The translations under genes were made by a program, and so were the position numbers. 32,221 bases of DNA from positions 1 to 32,221 of the forward strand of contig JBATJF010000172.1 in assembly GCA_049668345.1 (NCBI GenBank), read 5' to 3'. This document shows positions 11,301-18,700 of the stretch, one piece after another. The stretch's first letter is position 1. Each line of letters starts with the position of its first letter. The stretch is from Gammaproteobacteria bacterium (GTDB lineage Bacteria; Pseudomonadota; Gammaproteobacteria; UBA9214). Under the pieces are notes generated by a model that worked only from the letters and a program-made list of their open reading frames with translations, did not search any database and had not been told where the DNA came from.

Positions 11301-11734
11301 AGGAAATTATTGATCTCCTGCTTCGAACGATCGACACCGGACAGCCACTTCAGCAACCGCGGGCCGTCCTCGGTGATCTCCAGATAAGGCGCCAGTTCCT
11401 TGCGCAAACCGGGCGTGTATTCGAAGGGGTAGTGCTCCGCATATTTTTCGACGAAAAAATCGAACGGGTTGATGACCACGATATCGGCCACCAGGTCCAC
11501 CTCGAAGGACAAGGTCCGCACCGGCTCCGGGAACACCAGGCGGGCGAGGTAGTTGCCGAAGGGATCCTGCTGCCAGTTGATGAAATGTTTCTCGGGCAGC
11601 ACCTTGAGCGAATAGGACTCGATCGGGCTGCGGGTATGCGGGGCCGGGCGCAGCCGGACGATATGCGGGGAGACCTCGACCGGCCGGTCAAAGCGGTACT
11701 CCGTCAAGTGATTGATAGCAACTCGGATAGCCAT
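8348..11734 (-). CDS. Large transglutaminase-like protein (Bact_transglu_N + transglutaminase core + DUF2126)
   Basis: N-terminal MAIRVAINHLTEYRF. Cys-His-Asp core is intact (LGSCRDSAWL...ARFVSGY; LHAWAEVF; GLDPTSG). A long C-terminal DUF2126 region contains GTGGGNHVTLGG. 1128 aa. Confidence 0.85.
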   Translation of the reverse strand: MAIRVAINHLTEYRFDRPVEVSPHIVRLRPAPHTRSPIESYSLKVLPEKHFINWQQDPFGNYLARLVFPEPVRTLSFEVDLVADIVVINPFDFFVEKYAEHYPFEYTPGLRKELAPYLEITEDGPRLLKWLSGVDRSKQEINNFLVAINQRLQRDIDYTIRMEPGIQSCETTLDKALGSCRDSAWLMVQILRHLGLAARFVSGYLLQLTPDEKPLEGPAGTDHDFTDLHAWAEVFIPGAGWLGLDPTSGLFAGEGHIPLACTPHPVSAAPITGTTGKCKVEFRFHNEVQRIHEDPRVTKPYTASQWETIQALGRKVDADLAAGDVRLTLGGEPTFVSIDDMESAQWNDAALGKHKRELAGDLLQRLQGRFAPGGLLHYGQGKWYPGEPVPRWSLNCFWRVDGNPVWRDPKLLARDGVDYGCGPDEAEQFAAALTRRLGVPGHYLLPAYEDTLYYLWKEGDQPANVDLLGTDLKKPDERRRLVELLAGDLGKPAGFALPLRWDDSRSGWQSCSWHFRRGHMCLAPGDSPMGLRLPLDALPWIAEEERDIEPERDLFEPRPALGDYYGEVTRRFSRIEAAPESHPEIMQQEPADNGVQARRRIEVIHTALCVEARDGMLRLFLPPLTHLEHYLDLLAAVELTAAELQMPVRIEGYEPPRDWRMRKLAVTPDPGVIEVNIHPAHDWQELVENTEILYAEARLSRLGTEKFMLDGRHTGTGGGNHVTLGGATPADSPFLRRPDLLRSLLTYWQHHPGLSTLFSGMFIGPTSQAPRVDEARDENLYELEIAFQQMPDGEVAEPWLVDRLLRNLLVDITGNTHRAEFCIDKLYSPNSSTGRLGLVEFRAFEMPPHSQMSLVQMLLLRTLVARFWDRPYRHRLVRWGTALHDRFMLPHYVWADMKDVACELQRAGYPFQLEWLAPFLEFRFPHCGSVSVQDIRLDLHAALEPWHVLGEEMSNLGTARFVDSSVERLQVKVSGLTESRYVVACNGRRVPLRSTGTHGEYVAGVRFRAWQPPSALHPTIGVHSPLVFDIIDTWNGRSIGGCTYHVAHPGGRHYDVFPVNAYEAESRRISRFWGHGHSTGPLRPPPELAPLTKFFPEGHVPGPMAPPVEEINPEYPYTLDLRHSGRCD

Positions 11735-11798
11735 TTCAAGGAAACCTGGTCAGTAAAAAACAGTGTTCACCATAGCACGGATCGTGCAGACGGCAGTT

Positions 11799-12647
11799 TC
11801 AGCTGTCCGTCCGGATGCTGAGATCAAAGTGCATTTCGGAATTCCCGGCAGCGCCGTAACAGGACCCCTCTATCGGCAGGGTCCAGGCCGGACTGCAGGC
11901 CGCGGTCAGCGCCACGTGCGCATCCGCCACGGCGGTACCGTGGCCGGGGTCGTAGCCGCGCCAGCCGCCGCCGGGGAGGTAGACCTCCGGCCAGGCGTGC
12001 AGGTAACGGCGTTTCCCGCGCGTTTCCGGACGGGCCTGGTAGCCGCTGACGAAACGCGCCGCGAGGCCCTGCTCCCGGCAGACTGCGATAAACAGCAGCG
12101 TCAGGTCGCGGCATGCACCCCGGCGCTGCGCCAGGGTAAGTTCGGGGCTTTGCGGTGCACCCTGGTCCCGAATCGACTTTTCGCATGTGGTGTGCAGGAA
12201 GCGGCTCAGGGTGTCGAGAAAAGCCAGCGTGTTGTTGCCCGCCTGTCTGGCCAGATCGGCGGCCAGCTCGATGACCGCGGGTGCGGCTGTGCCGCAGGCA
12301 CGACAGGCTGTCAGCGCCGGGACCTCGTGCTGGCTGTAGCAAACGGGCAGAGCGGTTGCCGGGGTGTCCACGATGTAGTCGAAGGGATTGTCCCGCAGCG
12401 TGACGACGCGGGCGGTGCTGTCGATACGCAGTTCGACCGTCGTGCCGGTAAACCACAGGCGTCTGACCAGGTTGCCTTCGGCATCGAGGACGTTCGATTG
12501 CAGCACAGGTTCCGGGGTGATTGTGCAGTCATAGTCGAGCACCTGCTGGCTGCCGTCGGTACGCGGCAGCAGGCGCACGATATGCGGACCGAGCCGGACC
12601 GGACTCTGGTAACGGTAAGTGGTGATATGCCGGATTTCAAATTGCAC
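11799..12647 (-). CDS. Transglutaminase-like cysteine peptidase family protein; first gene of the minus-strand operon
   Basis: GTG start; (M)QFEIRHITTYRY N-terminus. Triad is intact (RGACRDLTLL...ARFVSGY; LHAWPEVY; GYDPGHG). There are 64 nt to the next gene. Confidence 0.8.
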   Translation of the reverse strand: MQFEIRHITTYRYQSPVRLGPHIVRLLPRTDGSQQVLDYDCTITPEPVLQSNVLDAEGNLVRRLWFTGTTVELRIDSTARVVTLRDNPFDYIVDTPATALPVCYSQHEVPALTACRACGTAAPAVIELAADLARQAGNNTLAFLDTLSRFLHTTCEKSIRDQGAPQSPELTLAQRRGACRDLTLLFIAVCREQGLAARFVSGYQARPETRGKRRYLHAWPEVYLPGGGWRGYDPGHGTAVADAHVALTAACSPAWTLPIEGSCYGAAGNSEMHFDLSIRTDS

Positions 12648-12685
12648 AAGCGAAGGTCTTCATCTGCAGTCCCTGGTATCGGTGA

Positions 12686-12701
12686 AGCAAGAAGTACGCC
12701 A
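12686..12701 (-). promoter_or_regulatory. Possible sigma-54 (-24/-12) promoter for the minus-strand operon (partial match)
   Basis: The minus strand reads TGGCGTACTTCTTGCT. GG and GC are at the canonical spacing and TTGCT is intact, with two mismatches in the -24 box (GT for AC). It lies ~40 nt upstream of GTG 12647. Confidence 0.3.
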
Positions 12702-13083
12702 TTTCTGCCGTTCCTGTCCTTCCCGTGCCGCCGGACGGGATATCAGGAGATTGCGCGCCGGCTGTGGCGGTGTTTCATGCCCTGCACCCTGTTGCCGCGG
12801 CTGACCGGGAACCTGCCGGGCGGGTTCAGGTGCAAGTCTGGTGCGGAAACGGGGATTTTTCATGATCCGTGCGTCATGCTGGTGCATGTCAGGCGCTGCT
12901 GGCATCCCTGCTGCAGGCGGCGGCCACAGTACGCGGCTTGATCCGTGGCCAGTGCCGGCAGCGGTGCGCGTCCGCCAAGGTGCTGTATTTCAATGATGGC
13001 TGCTTCCGCCTGGCATGATTTCGTGCGCCATGGCGAAAAGAATGACGCAACAGCGGCTGCACCGGCCGGCTGGCTCGCCCGGG

Positions 13084-13099
13084 TGGCACGTTGTTTGCT
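13084..13099 (+). promoter_or_regulatory. Sigma-54 (RpoN) -24/-12 promoter
   Basis: TGGCACGTTGTTTGCT is a full match to TGGCACG-N4-TTGCW. The -12 GC sits 115 nt upstream of ATG 13213 of the ATP-grasp gene. Confidence 0.6.
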
Positions 13100-13212
13100 G
13101 TGATGTGAGATATACGGTGGCAGCGATACCGACGACTTGCATCATCCGGTAGCCGTGACCAGCGGTTCGCTATACACCTTTCCCTGACACGGCAGGCACG
13201 ATCCGGCGGGAC

Positions 13213-14673
13213 ATGAGTGATATGACAATTCGGTGGCAAGACTATTCAAGCGGCGACTCCTACGACGAATTGATTACGCCGGCCGGGCATGCGCGCAAGG
13301 CAGCCCGGCAAGCGATACGGTATATCAGTTCGCTGAGCGATGCGGAATGGACCGAGCGCCGGGATGCCGCGGAACTGGCCATGCGCGTCATGGGTATTAC
13401 CTTCACCGTCTATACCAACGAAAGCGGCATCGACCGGGTCTGGCCGTTCGATATCATTCCACGCATCATTCCCGCCCGCGAGTGGCGCACCACCGAGGCC
13501 GGCCTGATCCAGCGTGCGACCGCACTGAACAAATTCATAGCCGATATCTACGGCGAACAGCGCATCATCAGGGACAAGGTCTTTCCGGGTGAGCTGCTGG
13601 CGGAGTCGGTCAATTTCCGCAAGCAGTGCGTCGGCATCAGGCCGCCTCTCGATGTCTGGGCACATATCTGCGGCAGTGACCTGGTACGCGACAGCGACGG
13701 GAAATTCTACGTCCTGGAAGACAACCTGCGTGTCCCGTCGGGCGTCTCCTATATGCTGGAGAACCGCCTGGTCATGAAACGTGTCTTTCCCGAATTGTTC
13801 GAGGAAGTCAGCATCCTGCCGGTAGACGGCTATCCTGCCCGCCTGTTCGATACCCTGGCCTCGCTGTCGCCGCGCCCGGCCGACTACCCGACGGTCGTTG
13901 TCCTGTCACCGGGCATCTATAACTCCGCCTATTTCGAGCATTCCTACCTGGCACAGCAAATGGGTGTGGAACTGGTGGTCGGCAGGGACCTGGTGGTGAT
14001 GGATGACGACTGTGTCTACCTGCGCACCGTCGGCGGGCTGGAGCGGGTCGATGTCATTTACCGCCGGGTCGACGACATGTTCCTCGATCCCGAAGTCTTC
14101 CGTCCGGACTCCATGCTCGGCGTGCCCGGCCTGATGCGGGCCTGGCGTGCGGGCAATGTGGGCATTGCCAATGCCCCCGGCGCCGGCGTTGCCGATGACA
14201 AGGTTGTCTATGCCTTTGTGCCGGACATGATCCGCTACTACCTGGACGAAGAGCCGATCCTGCCCAATGTCGAGACCTACCTGTGCATGGACGACAGGCA
14301 GCGCGACTACGTGCTCGCCAATCTCGACAAGCTGGTGGTCAAGCCCGCCAATGAATCGGGCGGCTACGGCATGCTGGTCGGACCGTTTTCCAGCAAGGCG
14401 GAGCGGCAGAAGTTTGCGGAACTGATCAAGGCGAAACCGCGTAATTACATCGCCCAGCCGACACTGGCGCTGTCGACAACACCGACGCTGTGTGACGGTC
14501 ACATCGAGTCGCGTCATATCGACCTGCGCCCGTTTATCCTGTCCGGGCAGACCAGCCATGTCACGCGCGGCGGCCTGACGCGGGTTGCGCTCAAGAAAGG
14601 CTCGCTGGTGGTGAATTCATCACAGGGTGGTGGCAGCAAGGATACCTGGGTCGTTGACATGGAGAGAACCTGA
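13213..14673 (+). CDS. Circularly permuted type-2 ATP-grasp protein (ex-DUF404/DUF407)
   Basis: Family-typical blocks: FDIIPRIIPAREW..GLIQRATALNKFIADIYG, SAYFEHSYLAQQMG, VVKPANESGGYGMLVGP. It is paralogous to the N-terminal half of the 5794..8355 product. Confidence 0.85.
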   Translation: MSDMTIRWQDYSSGDSYDELITPAGHARKAARQAIRYISSLSDAEWTERRDAAELAMRVMGITFTVYTNESGIDRVWPFDIIPRIIPAREWRTTEAGLIQRATALNKFIADIYGEQRIIRDKVFPGELLAESVNFRKQCVGIRPPLDVWAHICGSDLVRDSDGKFYVLEDNLRVPSGVSYMLENRLVMKRVFPELFEEVSILPVDGYPARLFDTLASLSPRPADYPTVVVLSPGIYNSAYFEHSYLAQQMGVELVVGRDLVVMDDDCVYLRTVGGLERVDVIYRRVDDMFLDPEVFRPDSMLGVPGLMRAWRAGNVGIANAPGAGVADDKVVYAFVPDMIRYYLDEEPILPNVETYLCMDDRQRDYVLANLDKLVVKPANESGGYGMLVGPFSSKAERQKFAELIKAKPRNYIAQPTLALSTTPTLCDGHIESRHIDLRPFILSGQTSHVTRGGLTRVALKKGSLVVNSSQGGGSKDTWVVDMERT

Positions 14674-14675
14674 TC

Positions 14676-15656
14676 ATGTTGCTTTCAAGTGTTGCCGAGC
14701 ATATCTACTGGATGTCCCGTTATATCGAACGGGCCGAGAACACCGCGCGCATCATCCTCGTGCACAACAACCTGATGCTCGATATGCCGCGCAGGATTGC
14801 CATCGGCTGGGACCCGCTGGTCTACATCATGGGCTCCATGGAACCGTTCTGTGAGCGCTACGAGGAAGCCAGTGAGCGCAACGTGGTGCGTTTCCTGGTC
14901 TCCGACAGGAACAATTCCAGCTGCATCACCTGCTCACTGGGCCAGGCGCGCGAGAACCTGCGGACCATCCGGGCCATCGTGCCGCGAGCGGCCTGGGAGA
15001 CCCTGAACGACCTGTATGAATACACCCGGGAAAATGCTGCCAGCGGCATCAGCCGCCGCGGTCGTTACGCCTACATGAAACGGGTGGTCGATTCCTGCCA
15101 GCTGCTGGCCGGGAAACTGTCCGGGACCATGAGCCATGACATGGCCTACGAGTTCCTGCGCATCGGCCGCTTCATGGAGCGTGCGGACATGACCAGTCGT
15201 GTCATCGACGTGCGCGCCACCAACCTGCTGCCGCAACAGACCGATGAACTCAAGCCCTTCGACGATATCCAGTGGAAAAGCGTGCTGGACCTGCTGATGG
15301 CCTACCAGATGTACCGGCGCCGGGTGCACGTCGGCGTGCGCGGCAGGGAGGCCCTGCGCTTCCTGCTGCAGGAGGAGGAGTTCCCGCGTTCGATACATTT
15401 CTGCCTGGCCGAGGTCGGCCACTGTCTGCGCCGTCTGCCCGGCAACGAGTCGGTGCTCCGGGTGCTCGGCCGCGCGCAGCGCATGGCGCAGGATTTCAGT
15501 GTCGGTGACAACGTCACCGCCGGTTTGAATGATTTCATCAACGAACTACAATTGGTACATACCGAGTTGCATGAACAGCTCGTCGCAAGCTATTTCGATG
15601 TGCCGCAGGAAGCCGCATCACTGCATGCGCCCACCCGTCTCGCTGCAACCGGTTAA
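14676..15656 (+). CDS. Alpha-E domain protein (ex-DUF403)
   Basis: MLLSSVAEHIYWMSRYIERAENTARI signature. It starts 2 nt after the ATP-grasp stop and is paralogous to the C-terminal half of the fused 853-aa protein. Confidence 0.85.
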   Translation: MLLSSVAEHIYWMSRYIERAENTARIILVHNNLMLDMPRRIAIGWDPLVYIMGSMEPFCERYEEASERNVVRFLVSDRNNSSCITCSLGQARENLRTIRAIVPRAAWETLNDLYEYTRENAASGISRRGRYAYMKRVVDSCQLLAGKLSGTMSHDMAYEFLRIGRFMERADMTSRVIDVRATNLLPQQTDELKPFDDIQWKSVLDLLMAYQMYRRRVHVGVRGREALRFLLQEEEFPRSIHFCLAEVGHCLRRLPGNESVLRVLGRAQRMAQDFSVGDNVTAGLNDFINELQLVHTELHEQLVASYFDVPQEAASLHAPTRLAATG

Positions 15657-15729
15657 TTGCCTCCGGATCTCTTTCAGGGCACCGGCACCGGTGACCTTGC
15701 TGCAGGGGCTGCGGTACACATGAACTGAC

Positions 15730-18700
15730 ATGGCCATGATCACGCATGACGGCAGCGGTCTGTATCAACCGGGATTCGAGCATGACGGTTGCGGCTTCGG
15801 CCTGATTGCGCAAATGGACGGCAAGCCGGGGCATGCGCTGGTGCACCGGGCGATCCGCGCGCTGTCACGCCTGACCCACCGCGGGGCGGTTGCGGCGGAT
15901 GGCAAGAGCGGTGACGGCTGCGGGCTGCTGATGAAGCTGCCGCATGATTTTCTGCATGCCGTGGCACTCGCCGACGGTATCACCCTGTCATCCCGCTATG
16001 CCGTGGGGATGCTGTTTCTCAACCGGGACCCGGAGCGTGCCGGGGCGGCGCGCTGGAGACTGGAGTTCGAACTCGAGGCGCAGGACCTCGCAGTGGCCGG
16101 CTGGCGTAGCGTGCCCGTCGAGCCGGATGCCTGCGGAGCACGGGCTCTGGAGAGCCTGCCTCTGATCGAGCAGGTGTTCGTCAATGCACCGCCCGGGCTG
16201 CCCGGGGACGAGCTGGAACGACGCCTGTACATCGCCCGGCGCCGTGCCAGGAAGGCCATCAAGGACGAGGACAGTACGTTTTACGTCGCCAGTCTCTCCA
16301 GCCAGGTGATCTGCTACAAGGGTCTGGTCATGCCGCATAACCTGCCGGTGTTCTACCCCGACCTGTGTGATGAACGCCTGGCGTCCTCGCTGTGCGTGTT
16401 TCACCAGCGGTTTTCCACCAACACCTGGCCGGAATGGCGGCTGGCACAACCGTTCCGCTATCTCGCGCATAACGGTGAAATCAATACCATCCAGGGCAAT
16501 CGCAACTGGGCCCGCGCGCGCAGCCACAAGTTCGAGTCGCCGCTGATCCCCGACATGGACGCGATTCGCCCCTGGGTGTCGATGTCGGGCTCCGATTCCT
16601 GCAGCCTGGACAACATGCTGGAGGCGCTGCTGGCCGGCGGCATGGATATCTTCCTGGCCATGCGCCTGCTGATCCCGCGCGCCTGGCAGAACATCGAGAC
16701 CATGGATCCCGACCTGCGGGCATTTTACGAATACCATTCCATGCACATGGAACCGTGGGACGGACCGGCGGGGATCGTGCTGACGGATGGCCGCTATGCC
16801 GCCTGCCTCATGGATCGCAATGGCCTGCGCCCGGCGCGCTACGTCATCACCCGTGACCGCTGTATCACCCTGGCATCGGAGATCGGGGTGACCGAACACG
16901 AACCGCAGGACGTCGTTGCCAGGGGGCGGCTGTCGCCCGGCGACATGATGGCGGTGGACACCCGGACCGGCCGCTTGCTGACGCCGGGCATGATCGAGGA
17001 TGACCTCAAAGGCCGCTGGCCCTGCCGCAAGTGGCTGCAGCAGCACGCCGTACGCCTCGAGTCACGCCGCGATGAGGAGGTGCGCTACTGCCGGCAGTCG
17101 GCGCCCGGACAACTCAGGATCCGGCAGAAGCAGTTCCAGGTGACGCTGGAGGAACTCGACCAGGTGCTGCGTGTGCTGGCCGAGGGCGGGCAGGAAGCGA
17201 TCGGCTCCATGGGAGACGATACTCCCATGCCGGTCCTGTCACGACAGGTCCGCTCGCTGTTCGACTATTTCCGTCAGCAGTTTGCACAGGTCACCAATCC
17301 GCCCATCGATCCCCTGCGCGAGCAGATCGTCATGTCACTGGAGACCTGTTTCGGTGTCGAACGCAACCTGTTTGTCGAGGACCCGCAGCATGCCGCGCGC
17401 CTGATGGTCAACAGCCCGGTCCTGTCGGGAAGCAAGTTCAACCAGCTGCTGGAACAGTCGGATCCGCGCTACCGGCATGCCCGCATCGACCTGAACTACG
17501 ACCGCACGCTGGACCTGCGCAGCGCCATCCATGCACTGGCCGAACGGGCCGTCGAACAGGTGCGAAGCGGCAAGTGCATCCTGGTCCTTTCGGACCGGGA
17601 CATCGCGCAGGACCGCCTGCCCGTGCATGCGCTGCTGGCCACCGGCGCGATACACCACCGGCTGATCGAGGCCGGACTGCGCTGCGATGCCAACCTGGTG
17701 GTCGATACCGGCACCGCGCGCAATCCGCACGAATTCGCCGTGCTGATCGGCTTCGGCGCAACGGCCATCCATCCCTGGCTGGCCTACCAGTGCATCGCCG
17801 ACCTGTTTCGCGGCGGGCAGGCGGACGCTGCCGGCGATACCGTGACCGGGGCACTCCATTCCTACCGGCGCGGTATCAACAAGGGCCTGTACAAGATCCT
17901 TTCCAAGATGGGGATCTCCACCATCACGAGCTACCGGGGCGCGCAACTCTTCGAGTCCATCGGCCTGCATCGCGATGTCGTCGATCTGTGTTTCAGCGGT
18001 ACGCCCTGCCGCCTGCAGGGCGCCGGGTTCGAGGAACTCGAGGCGGACCAGCGGCGCCTGGCGGACGCGGCCTGGGACGGACGCCGGGACATCGAGCCGG
18101 GCGGGCGGCTGAAATTCATCGCCGGCGGCGAGTTCCATGCCTTCAACCCGGATGTCGTCACGACCCTGCACCAGGCCGTGGCCAGCGGCGAGTACCGGGA
18201 CTACCGGCGCTATGCGGCGCTGATCAACCAGCGGCCGCCGCTCGTGCTGCGGGACCTGCTGGGAGTGCGTGACGATCTCGAGCCGGTGCCGATCGAGGCG
18301 GTCGAGCCGGTCGAGGAGATTGTCAGGCGTTTCGAGACCGGCGCGATGTCACTGGGCGCCCTGTCGCCGGAGGCGCACGAGACCCTGGCGATCGCCATGA
18401 ATCGACTCGGTGGCCGTTCCAACTCGGGTGAGGGTGGCGAGGACCCGCAACGCTTCGGCACCGAGCGTGTTTCCAGGATCAAGCAGGTGGCATCCGGCCG
18501 CTTCGGCGTGACGCCGCATTACCTGGTCAATGCGGACGTGCTGCAGATCAAGATCGCGCAGGGTGCCAAGCCCGGTGAAGGCGGTCAACTTGCCGGCCAG
18601 AAGGTGAACGAACTGATTGCCCGCCTGCGGCATGCCGAGGTCGGTACACCGCTGATATCCCCGCCGCCGCATCACGACATCTATTCCATCGAGGACCTGG

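Noticed and set aside
12900-12914. Second sigma-54-like motif TGGCATCCCTGCTGC on the plus strand
   Set aside because: The -12 box is CTGC rather than TTGC, and it lies ~300 nt upstream of the gene. It is much weaker than the perfect site at 13084 and is probably chance in GC-rich DNA.
5842-12941. Series of long plus-strand ORFs (5842..6936, 7030..8286, 8666..10558, 10859..11821, 11763..12941) antisense to the TGase/ATP-grasp operon
   Set aside because: All lie opposite CDS with strong family signatures. Their sequences are low-complexity and rich in R, A, G, Q and H, with no motifs. This is expected for stop-codon-poor antisense frames at this GC content.
12660-13239. Minus-strand ORFs 12660..12905 (81 aa) and 12889..13239 (116 aa) in the divergent intergenic region
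   Set aside because: They have no recognisable motifs and an Arg/Pro-rich composition. One overlaps the ATP-grasp start and the sigma-54 promoter. I treat the region as regulatory, though a small protein cannot be excluded without Ribo-seq.
15676-15700. GGCACC-GGCACC-GGTGACC-TTGCT upstream of gltB as a sigma-54 promoter
   Set aside because: The GG-to-GC spacing is three or more nt too long for a -24/-12 element. I note only the 8-bp palindrome CACCGGTG (15686-15693), of unknown relevance.
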